This document shows, one piece after another, positions 47,834 through 56,765 of a DNA stretch of 64,000 nucleotides. How positions within the stretch are numbered: the stretch's first letter is position 1; each line of letters opens with the position of its first letter. Position numbers and translations under genes: made by a program. The stretch is from an uncultured Gammaproteobacteria bacterium (GTDB lineage Bacteria > Pseudomonadota > Gammaproteobacteria > Steroidobacterales > Steroidobacteraceae), in NCBI GenBank assembly GCA_963730565.1, contig CAVSSU010000007.1, forward strand, positions 4,170-68,169. The letters are read 5' to 3'. The notes below the pieces were generated by a model, which ran no database searches, was not told the origin of the DNA, and saw only the letters and a list, made by a program, of their open reading frames with translations.

Positions 47834-48406
47834 ATGGCGGACGCGAACGAGAGTGACGAAGCACTGATGCAGCGCTACGCACGCGGCGATGCCGCCGCGT
47901 TCGAAGAGCTGTATGCAAGACATGAGCTGCGCACGTGGCGTTATCTCGAACGCAACGTGTGCAATCGGGCGACGGCAGACGAGCTGATGCAGGAGGTCTG
48001 GTTTGCCGTCGCTCGAGACGCCCCGCGGTATCAACCGTCGGCGCGATTCACCACTTGGCTCTTTACCATTGCGCACAATCGAATGATCGATTGGATGCGC
48101 GCCAATCGGCAGCCGGCGAGTCTCGACGCGATGGGCTACGAGGCGGGAGCCGTGATCACCCAACTCACTGCCGATGCGAGTGCGGGGCCGCTGGCCGCCG
48201 CCGTGGCGCAGGAACAGGCTGGCGCCCTCGCGCAGGCGTTAGCTCAGCTGCCGGCCGAGCAGCGCGATGCGTTTCTGATGCAAATCGAGGGCGGGCTCGC
48301 GGTGCAGGACATTGCAGCCATCACCGGAGCCAGTTTCGAAACCACCAAGAGCCGGCTGCGCTATGCGCGCATCAAGCTGCGCGAATTGCTCGAGGAATAC
48401 GCGTGA
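47834..48406 (+). CDS. ECF (sigma-70 group IV) RNA polymerase sigma factor
   Basis: Region 2 (LMQRYARGD..AFEELY...) and region 4 (LPAEQRDAFLMQIEGGLAVQDIAAITGASFETTKSRLRYA). Confidence 0.85.
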   Translation: MADANESDEALMQRYARGDAAAFEELYARHELRTWRYLERNVCNRATADELMQEVWFAVARDAPRYQPSARFTTWLFTIAHNRMIDWMRANRQPASLDAMGYEAGAVITQLTADASAGPLAAAVAQEQAGALAQALAQLPAEQRDAFLMQIEGGLAVQDIAAITGASFETTKSRLRYARIKLRELLEEYA

Positions 48407-49335
48407 CCGAATTGCCTCCCGACGAAAACTCCTCCGACGGCGTCGACGAACGGTATCGAGCTGCGTCGAGCCGCGAGGCCGGCCGGCCACGCGAGTCGGT
48501 GCGCCGCGCCGTGCTCGAGCACGCGGCGGATCTCGCCGCACAGCGTGCCTCGGCGAAGCGGCCTGTCGACATCGACTTCAAGCGACGGGCCGCCAACCAA
48601 GCGTGGCGCCGCCACGCGGCGTACGGGGGATTGGCCGCCGCGGTGCTCGCGGGGCTTCTGATCGCGCCGCGTTTCCTGACGCCGTCCTACCCGCCCCAGG
48701 AGATCGCCAGAGTGGGACCACCCGCGCCGGCAACCGAGTCCGACATACCAGAAGTCCCTGCCGCGAGAAGCGCGAAGCCGGAACCCTCGCGCCAGGATCG
48801 GGCCGGCCGCCTCGCCGAGGACAACGACCGGTTCGCCGGCGGATCGAGCGCAAGAAACGCCCCGCCCGCCGCGCTCGCTCCCGTGCAGCCTGCCGAGCAA
48901 CCCGGCGCGCGCAACGGCGCATCCGCGCAAAGCGCACCAGCGGCGCCGGCCGCGCCATCGAGCCCCCCGCCGCTCGAGGCATTGGCCGGACGCTTCACGC
49001 CTGCGCCCGCCGCACCGGCCGCATCGTTGAGCGCAGGGGTGGCACGCTCGATCGACATGGGAAGTGCGCTCCGGCAGGCTGCCGCTCTCGGCGATTTGCC
49101 GCGCCTGCGCGCGCTGCTCGCGCAACGGGCCGCGATCGACTCGCGCGATCCCAGCGGCCGTTCCCCATTGATGCTGGCGGTGCTCTACGGTCGGGCGGAT
49201 GCGGTGGACCTGTTGCTCGCGACCGGGGCGGACGCCAATGCGGCGGATGCGAACGGTACCACCCCGCTGCAAGCGGCGCTGGCGCGCAATCGATCGGATA
49301 TCGTCGAGGCTCTGCGCCGCGCGGGCGCCCGCTGA
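48403..49335 (+). CDS. putative anti-sigma factor: single-pass membrane protein with C-terminal ankyrin repeats
   Basis: The GTG start overlaps the sigma stop. TM segment AAYGGLAAAVLAGLLIAP. A Pro/Ala linker is followed by ANK repeats (GRSPLMLAVLYGRADAVDLLLATGADANAADANGTTPLQAAL). Confidence 0.6.
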   Translation: MTELPPDENSSDGVDERYRAASSREAGRPRESVRRAVLEHAADLAAQRASAKRPVDIDFKRRAANQAWRRHAAYGGLAAAVLAGLLIAPRFLTPSYPPQEIARVGPPAPATESDIPEVPAARSAKPEPSRQDRAGRLAEDNDRFAGGSSARNAPPAALAPVQPAEQPGARNGASAQSAPAAPAAPSSPPPLEALAGRFTPAPAAPAASLSAGVARSIDMGSALRQAAALGDLPRLRALLAQRAAIDSRDPSGRSPLMLAVLYGRADAVDLLLATGADANAADANGTTPLQAALARNRSDIVEALRRAGAR

Positions 49336-49369
49336 CCTCTCGCCCGGCGGGGCATCGCCGCGTTCCAGG

Positions 49370-50644
49370 CTAGGGCGCAGCCTCGATCAGTATCGCCCGA
49401 AAATCGTTGACGTTGGTGAGCGTCGGGCCGGTGACGACCGAATCCCCGAGCGCTCCGAAGAATCCGTGCCCGTCGTTGTTGTCGAGCGCATCCTTGGGCT
49501 TCAGGCCTCCGGCCCACGCGCGCGCGAGCGTGTCCGGCGCCATGAGCGCACCGGCGATTTCTTCCTGACCGTCGACACCGTCCGTGTCCCCGGCGATTGC
49601 GTGGATGCGTGCATGGCCGTCGAGCGCAATCGCGAGCGACAACAGGTATTCGACATTGCGGCCGCCCCGGCCCGTGCCGCGCACGGTCACCGTGGTCTCA
49701 CCACCCGACAACAAGATGCAGGGGGCGTGGAAAGGCTGCGAGGTGTCCGCAGCATGCGCTGCGATGCCCGCGAACACCTTGCCGACATCCCGCGCCTCGC
49801 CCTCGATGGCATCGCCCAAGATATGGGTCGCGTAGCCTGCGGCTCGGCCCACCTCCGCCGCGGCCTCGAGGGCCATCTGAGGGGTCGCGATGATGACAGT
49901 CTCGGCGCGCGCCAATCGCGGATCGCCCGGCTTGACCGACTCGCCGCGCCCGCTCTCCAAAATCTCGCGCACCGCCGCCGGCATCTCGATCGCGTAGCGC
50001 CTCAAGATCCCGAGCGCGTCCGCGCAGCTGGTCGGATCCGCGACCGTCGGGCCGGATGCGATGTCGATCGGCCGATCGCCCGGCACATCCGAGATCAGCA
50101 GCGTGACCACCCGTGCCGGATGGCAGGCAGCCGCCAAACGGCCGCCCTTGATGCCCGACAAGTGGCGTCGCACGCAGTTGATTTCGCTGATGGTGGCGCC
50201 CGACGCGAGCAGCGCGCGCGCCAGCGATTGCTTGATCTCCAGAGTCAGTCCCGGCGCCGGCAGAGGAAGCAGCGCCGACCCGCCCCCCGAGATGAGACAG
50301 ATCACCAGATCATCCGCGGTCAGCCCGCGGACGGCATCGAGCATCCGCTCCGCGCCCCGCATGCCGGCTTGGTCCGGAATGGGATGGGCCGCTTCCACGA
50401 TCTCGATCCGCTCGCAGGGCACCGCATAGCCGTAGCGCGTCACCACGAGCCCGGACAGCGCCCCGCGCCACTCCCGCTCCACCGCCTGCGCCATCGCCGC
50501 AGACGCCTTCCCCGCCCCAACCACCGCCACCCGACCGCGGGGCGCCGCCGGCAAATGCCTCGGTATGCATACCGCAGGCTGCGCCGACGCAATCGCCGCC
50601 CGAAACATGGCCTCCAACACCGCTCGCGGCGATCCCTGGCTCAT
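49370..50644 (-). CDS. gckA: glycerate 2-kinase (MOFRL/GckA-TtuD family)
   Basis: Motifs VVGAGKASAAMA, LISGGGSALL and GGETTVTVRGTGRGGRN. Confidence 0.85.
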   Translation of the reverse strand: MSQGSPRAVLEAMFRAAIASAQPAVCIPRHLPAAPRGRVAVVGAGKASAAMAQAVEREWRGALSGLVVTRYGYAVPCERIEIVEAAHPIPDQAGMRGAERMLDAVRGLTADDLVICLISGGGSALLPLPAPGLTLEIKQSLARALLASGATISEINCVRRHLSGIKGGRLAAACHPARVVTLLISDVPGDRPIDIASGPTVADPTSCADALGILRRYAIEMPAAVREILESGRGESVKPGDPRLARAETVIIATPQMALEAAAEVGRAAGYATHILGDAIEGEARDVGKVFAGIAAHAADTSQPFHAPCILLSGGETTVTVRGTGRGGRNVEYLLSLAIALDGHARIHAIAGDTDGVDGQEEIAGALMAPDTLARAWAGGLKPKDALDNNDGHGFFGALGDSVVTGPTLTNVNDFRAILIEAAP

Positions 50645-50717
50645 TTCGGTGGTTCGATCGGCTTACTCAGACACACTTCCAGCCCCTTTGCGTGGCCGAT
50701 CCAACTTATCGCAAGAA

Positions 50718-50825
50718 GGCGGGATCCGGAATGCGTTTTCCGGATCGTGGAAAACATGGATGTTTTCCCCGAAGCCTCCAGGGAAGGATTCACGGCGGTC
50801 CGGAAAACGCATTCCGGATCCCGCC
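50718..50825. repeat. 108-bp element with perfect 27-bp inverted arms (GGCGGGATCCGGAATGCGTTTTCCGGA / reverse complement), 54-nt spacer containing a nested 9-bp palindrome
   Basis: Read directly. Arms are 50718-50744 and 50799-50825. The inner GGAAAACAT..ATGTTTTCC is at 50749-50768. It lies between the sucD stop and the gckA start. Confidence 0.9.
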
Positions 50826-50829
50826 GTCC

Positions 50830-51705
50830 TTACAGCACCGACTTCAGCAACTTCCCCATCTCTTCCGGATTACGCGTCACCTTGATCCCGCACTCCTCCA
50901 TGACCGCCAATTTCTCCGCGGCCGTCCCCTTTCCTCCGGAGATGATCGCGCCGGCGTGGCCCATGCGCTTGCCCGGGGGTGCCGTCACACCGGCGATGAA
51001 TCCGACCACGGGCTTCTTCATATTCGCTTTGATCCAGCGGGCGCAGGCCTCTTCGTCCTCGCCGCCGATCTCGCCCACCATGATGACCGCATCGGTTTCC
51101 GGGTCGTCGTTGAAGAGGCGCATCACGTCGATGTGCTTCAGGCCGTTGACCGGGTCGCCGCCGATCCCCACGCAGGTCGATTGCCCAAGACCCTGCTCCA
51201 TCAGCTGACCGACCGCCTCGTAGGTCAAGGTGCCGGACCGCGAGACGACCCCGATGCGTCCTTTCTTGTGAATGTGGCCCGGCATGATCCCGATCTTGAT
51301 CTCGTCCGGCGTGATGACACCCGGGCAATTGGGGCCCACCAGGAGGGTCTTCTTGCCTCTCATCCGATATCGGGTGGCGATCATGTCGCGCACCGGCACC
51401 CCCTCGGTGATGCAGATGACGAGATCCAGGCCGGCATCCACCGCCTCGTCAATGGCGCCGGCGGCGTACGGGGGCGGCACGTAGATCACCGATACCGTGG
51501 CCCCTGTGGCCGCCTTCGCCTCCTTCACGGTGCCGAAAATGGGAATGCCCTCGAAGTTCTCGCCGCTCTTGCTCGGGTTGACCCCTGCAACGAAGCAGTT
51601 TTTGCCGTTCGCGTAGTCGCGGCACAGCCGGGTGTGAAATGCACCGGTCTTGCCGGTGATGCCCTGGGTGATCACACGGGAGTTCTTGTCGATCAGGATG
51701 CTCAT
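50830..51705 (-). CDS. sucD: succinyl-CoA synthetase alpha subunit
   Basis: Motifs [52 protein letters not shown] and a ...LKSVL end. These resemble E. coli-type SucD. Confidence 0.85.
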   Translation of the reverse strand: MSILIDKNSRVITQGITGKTGAFHTRLCRDYANGKNCFVAGVNPSKSGENFEGIPIFGTVKEAKAATGATVSVIYVPPPYAAGAIDEAVDAGLDLVICITEGVPVRDMIATRYRMRGKKTLLVGPNCPGVITPDEIKIGIMPGHIHKKGRIGVVSRSGTLTYEAVGQLMEQGLGQSTCVGIGGDPVNGLKHIDVMRLFNDDPETDAVIMVGEIGGEDEEACARWIKANMKKPVVGFIAGVTAPPGKRMGHAGAIISGGKGTAAEKLAVMEECGIKVTRNPEEMGKLLKSVL

Positions 51706-51716
51706 CGCTCGTTCTC

Positions 51717-52883
51717 CTACTTTCCGGCCACCGCCGCCACGATCTTCTTCGCGGCGTCCGCCATGTTGTCGGCGGAGATGATCGGCAGCCCCGACTCCTT
51801 GAGGAGCTTCTTGCCGAGATCTTCATTGGTCCCCTTCATGCGAACCACCAGCGGCACGCTCAACTTCACCTCCCTTGCCGCGGCGATGACGCCCTCCGCA
51901 ATGGTGTCGCAGCGCATGATGCCGCCGAAGATGTTCACCAGGATTCCTTTGACCGCCGGATTCTTGAGCATCAGCTTGAACGCCTCGGTCACTCTCTGGG
52001 TGGTGGCGCCGCCTCCCACGTCCAGGAAGTTGGCGGGCTCGGCGCCGAACAGCTTGATCACGTCCATCGTGGCCATGGCGAGACCCGCGCCGTTGACGAG
52101 GCAGCCGATATTGCCTGACAGCGAGATGTACGACAGATCGTGCTTGGACGCTTCGACCTCCGCCGGGTCTTCCTCGTCCAGATCGCGCATCGCGACGATG
52201 TCGGGATGGCGGAACAGCGCGTTATCGTCGAAATTGAGCTTGGCATCGAGCGCCAGCACCTTGCCGTCGCCGGTCAGGATCAAAGGATTGATCTCGGCCA
52301 GCGACGCATCGCACTCGACGAATGCCTTGTAGAGCGCCTGCATGAAAGAGCGCGCCTGAGCGACCGATGCCTCCGGTACGCCGATCTTGCGCGCGGCGTC
52401 GTCCGCCTGCGCATCGGTCAATCCGGCGGCCGGGTCGATGGCCACCTTGTGGATCTTTTCCGGCGCGTGGGCCGCGACTTCCTCGATTTCCATGCCTCCC
52501 TCGGAGCTCGCGATCAAGGTGACGCGCTGCGAGGTGCGGTCGACCACCATGCCGACATAGAGCTCCTTGCGGATGTCTGCGCCCTCCTCCACCAGAAGCC
52601 GATGCACCACGCGGCCGGAAGGCCCCGTTTGGTGGGTGACCAGGGTCATCCCCAGAATCTTGGAGGCGAACTCGTGCACTTCGTCCAGCGATTTGGCCAC
52701 CTTGACCCCGCCGCCCTTGCCGCGTCCACCGGCGTGAATCTGCGCCTTGACCACCCACACCTTCCCGCCCAGCTCGCGCGCGGCCTTGTCGGCGTCGGCG
52801 ACGGAAAAGCAGGGCACGCCGCGCGGCGTCGCCACTCCGAACTTGCGCAGGATCTCTTTGCCTTGATACTCGTGAACGTTCAT
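51717..52883 (-). CDS. sucC: succinyl-CoA synthetase beta subunit
   Basis: Motifs [54 protein letters not shown] and [11 protein letters not shown]. Confidence 0.85.
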   Translation of the reverse strand: MNVHEYQGKEILRKFGVATPRGVPCFSVADADKAARELGGKVWVVKAQIHAGGRGKGGGVKVAKSLDEVHEFASKILGMTLVTHQTGPSGRVVHRLLVEEGADIRKELYVGMVVDRTSQRVTLIASSEGGMEIEEVAAHAPEKIHKVAIDPAAGLTDAQADDAARKIGVPEASVAQARSFMQALYKAFVECDASLAEINPLILTGDGKVLALDAKLNFDDNALFRHPDIVAMRDLDEEDPAEVEASKHDLSYISLSGNIGCLVNGAGLAMATMDVIKLFGAEPANFLDVGGGATTQRVTEAFKLMLKNPAVKGILVNIFGGIMRCDTIAEGVIAAAREVKLSVPLVVRMKGTNEDLGKKLLKESGLPIISADNMADAAKKIVAAVAGK

Positions 52884-52952
52884 GACGATAGTCCTCGTGC
52901 GCGCACCCGAGCGCGCCGTTGTATTGAGAGTTCGTTGGGCGCCGGCGGCCGC

Positions 52953-53943
52953 TCAGGACGCCCTGGCCGGCGCCAGGCTTTGCTCCAAGAGCTTGGTCAG
53001 CGCGAACACCGCATCGAGGTGCGGAGTCGGCGTTTCGGTCATCCGGCCGAGCTCGATCACCGATCCCAGCAAAGCATCCGTCTCGAGCGGACGCCCCGCC
53101 TCAACGTCCTGGAGCATCGAGGTCTTGTGATGTCCCACCCGTTCGGCCCCCGCGATGCGCTTCTCGATGGGGACCCGGAAGGTGATGCCGAGCGAGTGCG
53201 CGATCGCCTGGGCCTCCTCCATCATGCAGCGGGCGAGCTCGCGGGTCGGCGAGTATTGGCAGATGGCGGCAAGCGTGGCGCGCGATAAGGCGCTCATCGG
53301 ATTGAACGTCATGTTGCCCCACAGCTTCAGCCACATCTCGGCGCGGATGTCGGTCAGGATGGGCGATTGCATGCCTCCCCGGGCGAAGCACCCCGACACC
53401 CGCTTGACGCGCTCGCTCTCGCTTCCGTCCAGATCGCCGACCGGAAAACGATTGCCTTCGATCTGCTTGATTTCGCCCGGACGCAACCTGCTCAGTGGCC
53501 GGATAGACGACGCAACCGATCACCCGCTCGCAGGGGATGTTTTTGCGGATCACCCCCGTGGGATCGACGCTGGTGACCGGCCGCCCCTCGAGCGGGCCGC
53601 CGTGCTTGTGGAAATACCAGAACGGAATGCCGTTCTGCATCGGCAGGACCACCGTATCCGGGCCGAACAGCTTGGGCACGTCCGCGGCAACGGCCTCGAC
53701 CTGGTGGGCCTTCAGGGCGAGCATCACCAAATCCTGCGGTCCCGCTGCCGAATAATCCGATGTCGCGTTGACCCGCCGGGTGAATTTCTCCGTGCCGTCC
53801 GCCATGGTCACGCGGATCCCGCGCGTCTTCAGCGCCTCGAGGGTCGCGCCGCGCGCGATGAAGGTCACGTCCTCGCCCGCATGCGCCAGTTGCGCTCCGA
53901 CGAATCCGCCGATCGCGCCGGCGCCTATGATCGCTATTTTCAT
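52953..53943 (-). pseudogene. PanE/ApbA-family reductase (paralogue 2; oxalyl-CoA reductase candidate), one frame-breaking extra base
   Basis: N-terminal part MKIAIIGAGAIGGFVG...GCVVYPATEQV continues in another frame as RPGEIKQIEGNRFPVGDLDG...HKTSMLQDVEAGR. One extra base near 53484. Repaired length is 329 aa. Confidence 0.75.
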
Positions 53944-53978
53944 CCGCGTGCATCCCAGCTGATGAACGTCCGCCATGC

Positions 53979-54327
53979 TCAGCGGGTGACCGCTGAGTCG
54001 CTGATCGCGCCGCGGTCGACCTGCATGCGATTGACCACCTTGGTGACGCCCGGCTACTTGACCGGCGTCCTGAACGGCGGCTTGCATCTCCTCCGGTGTC
54101 CAGACATAGCCGTCGAGGGTGACCACGCTGCCATCGGCTCGCACATTGATATGGCGGGCATACAGCATCTGATCGGACGCGAGCGTCGTAGTGACCCGAT
54201 CCGCCGTGTCCTTGTCCGCCAGCCGCTCCGCTTCGGTCTTGCGGGCACCGCCCGCACAAGCGGCACCGGCGCAGACGATGATCGCCGCAACAGCTGCGAT
54301 CATTGTTCGATTGATGATTGGGGACAT
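53979..54327 (-). pseudogene. BON-domain (OsmY-like) lipoprotein, one frame-breaking extra base
   Basis: MSPIINRTMIAAVAAIIVCAG...INVRADGSVVTLDGYVWTPEEMQAAVQDAGQV continues in the shifted frame as PGVTKVVNRMQVDRG...*. The extra base is near 54054. The apparent read-through into panE (408-aa ORF) is an artefact of this shift. Confidence 0.65.
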
Positions 54328-54374
54328 GATATTTCACCTCACTTCATGAATCTTCTTGCACCGGACTACCAGGC

Positions 54375-54747
54375 TCAATTGCCGTCCTGATCGAGTTGCA
54401 AGAACTCTATTTCGTTCACCACACGCCCCTTCCCTGCGATCCTCCGCGCCAATCTCAGTATAGCGAACAGATCCGGTAGATCGCGAACTCTCCCTCCGAC
54501 CCGGACCACGCCGTTTTCGGTCGCCACGGTCACGTGCTCGGCATAGATATAGGGATTGCTGTTGAATAGCCGCGGCCACCCGGGAGGTCATGGCGGCATC
54601 CGACAGGGCCTGGGCGGTGACCACGATTTCCTTCTGCATCTCCTCGGCCGGAGGCGCACCGAACGCCGCCGGACCGACTCCGAAAGCGGCCACTCCCAGC
54701 GTTCCCGCCAGGAGTGGCCCCCTCGTCACACCATGCGTGATCGACAC
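54375..54747 (-). pseudogene. BON-domain protein, one frame-breaking extra base
   Basis: ...AMTSRVAAAIQQ continues in the shifted frame as NPYIYAEHVTVATENGVVRVGGRV...VVNEIEFLQLDQDGN*. The extra base is near 54544. Confidence 0.65.
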
Positions 54748-54759
54748 CGCGGCTGCCGG

Positions 54760-56531
54760 CTAGAACCGATAGCTCACCCCGGTCGAGAATCCCTGATCGT
54801 GGCAGCCGCCCCAGGTCGTGGGACCCGCGCTGCGAGTAGTCGATGAACTGCTCGTGCGTGGCATCGTGGCAATCGGTCTTGATGCCGTGGCCGCCCGCGC
54901 CGATGTCGTAGTGCGCGTTGCCGTCGTTGATGGTCTCGGCCCAATCGAAGTAAATAGTCAGCTGCTTGTCGAGCTTGTGCCACCACTGGAACGGTGTACA
55001 TGTTGGCCTGATCGCCGGTGCTGCGTCGGATTGTAGTTGTGCTGCCCGCCCGGATCGCCCACCGTCGCTCCCGCATGCGCCCAGCCGACCGCGGCGACGT
55101 CCCGGCCGTCCCAGAAGTGACTGCTGCAGTGCGAACCACATGCCGTTGCGCTGCCGCTCGTTCTGGAACTCCATCTCCGGCGGGAACTTCGCGATGCAGG
55201 TCCTCGTACAGGTAGGTGATCGACAGACCGAAGTCGAACGCGTATTGTACGCCGAACTTCATCGCCCACTCGTCGGCGACATCGACCGCCGTGTTGTAGG
55301 CCGGCGAGCCGGCCGCGCCGCGCCGGGATACTCCGCCGCATAGGCCACGTAATCCGCCCAGTCGAGCAGATAGGCGTTCGGGCCGTTGGGTCCCTGACCG
55401 ACAGGTAGTTGTAGTACGGGCTGTTCGCGCCGATGCCGTCGCTGGTGCGGTTCACCCTTTTGTGGATCTCGTAGGCGCCGACCAGGTACAGACCGCCCAT
55501 CTCGAACTTCAGGTCGGCGCTGTAGGCACGGTCGTAGCCGCCGTCATCGCAGTTCAGGAACAGGTTGCCGCTGCCCGGGTTGTTCGATCCGTTGCAGTCC
55601 AGCGATCCGAGCGGCGTCAGATCGCTGTTCGGGTCGAGCTGCTGGCCGAACTGATAGGCGGCATCGAAGCTGAACCCGGCCCAGGTGGGCGAGTTGTAGA
55701 CCACCACGTGGTCACCCCGCGTGCCGAACTCCACGCGGTTGTCGCCGCCCGTGTTGCCCATGATCACGGCGTAGTTGCCGAGGCCGGTAGCCGAACGGAT
55801 TGAGGCGGTCCGTCGAGGTCTTGTACGGCATGTACATCTCGCCGAACTTCACCGTGCCCAAAGTATGATTCTTGAAGCCGATGAACGTGTCGCCGAGACC
55901 GATCGCTCCCTGCACGGTGTTCGAGGACTTCGTCCAGGTATCCTGCAGACCCGGCGCCGCCGCCATGTCGATGGAACGTCGACACTTGATAGATGAAGTC
56001 CACGTCGGAGTTCGGGATCCTATGCGAGCCGCGGTAGCCGATGCTCGAGCCGTTGCTCGACATCATCCCGAGCCAGCCGACGTTGCCGTAGGGCCCCGCC
56101 TTCTGCCGCTCCGATGCACGTAACCGGCTCCCCGGAACGCCCGTTCGCGTAGCTCCAGGGATACGGCGGCCGGGTCGTAGATGCCCTTGGTGGTGTAATC
56201 CACCGACACATCGAGGGTCCCGTAGAAGCCCTTCATGAAGTTGTCGAATTTCTTTTCCAACGGCGACATCGTCTCAGCCCTCTTGGCCTTGCCTCCGGGG
56301 CGCCGTCGCGGCGCTCGCGGGTGGGCCGGCCTGCTGCCGTTGCTGCTTGCTTCTGCGACAATGATCGAGCTGCTGCTGCAGCTGCTGCATCTGCTGCTGC
56401 ATGATGCGCATCTGATCCTTCAGCGCCTGCGTTTGCGCGTCGTCCGCGAAAACGGCGCCATTCGAGCCAATGGTGACGGCGCATGCCACTAGGGCCCCCA
56501 GCATCGGCTTAGCCAACTTGGAACTGAGCAT
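54760..56531 (-). pseudogene. outer-membrane porin with N-terminal Gln-rich coiled-coil, fragmented by about 12 frame changes
   Basis: A signal peptide and DQMRIMQQQMQQLQQQL are followed by beta-barrel-like pieces found successively in all three frames: GFYGTLDVSVDYTTKG; GPYGNVGWLGMMSSNGSSIGYRGSH; AIGLGDTFIGFKNHTLGTVKFGEMY; IMGNTGGDNRVEFGTRGDHVVVYNSPTWAGFSFDAAYQF; MKFGVQYAFDFGLSITYLYE; FQWWHKLDKQLTIYFDWAE. It ends in the canonical ...GFSTGVSYRF*. Confidence 0.7.
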
Positions 56532-56765
56532 GTGTATCCCCCCTGAACGCGCCCGCGCGCCTGTTTGAAGAAATTCTTCTATCTACCTAAAGCGACACCT
56601 AAAATCTCGTTGCCTTATAGCAACAACTCATCAATTGGCACGTTAATACCAGCTTCTCTAAGTACGAATATTGCCACATTAAGTTCCTCCCAGCATAGCC
56701 GGCACGCTTCCGGGAGAGGTATTCGGCGTGGATTATTTCGTCCCACGCTTTTCCCTCCCGATGCC

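Noticed and set aside
50718-50825. Calling the 27-bp-armed inverted repeat a MITE.
   Set aside because: No target-site duplication flanks it (AGAA on the left, GTCC on the right). I saw no second copy in this window. It is left as an unclassified structured repeat.
50830-52883. Reading sucCD as malate thiokinase (mtkAB) because of the serine-cycle context.
   Set aside because: The alpha subunit matches SucD-specific stretches ([33 protein letters not shown] end) better than the MtkB sequence I remember. No mcl or ppc gene lies nearby. I kept the call as succinyl-CoA synthetase. Phylogeny would be needed to exclude MtkAB.
53101-54327. 408-aa ORF that looks like a BON-domain/PanE fusion protein.
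   Set aside because: It arises because a single extra base near 54054 removes the BON gene's stop. In the corrected frame the BON protein ends at 53979. The PanE-like gene has its own ATG (53943) with a Rossmann N-terminus.
56636-56650. TGGCACG-containing motif (TGGCACGTTAATACC) as a sigma-54 promoter.
   Set aside because: There is no TTGC -12 element. On the plus strand it would fire antisense into the 3' end of frc.
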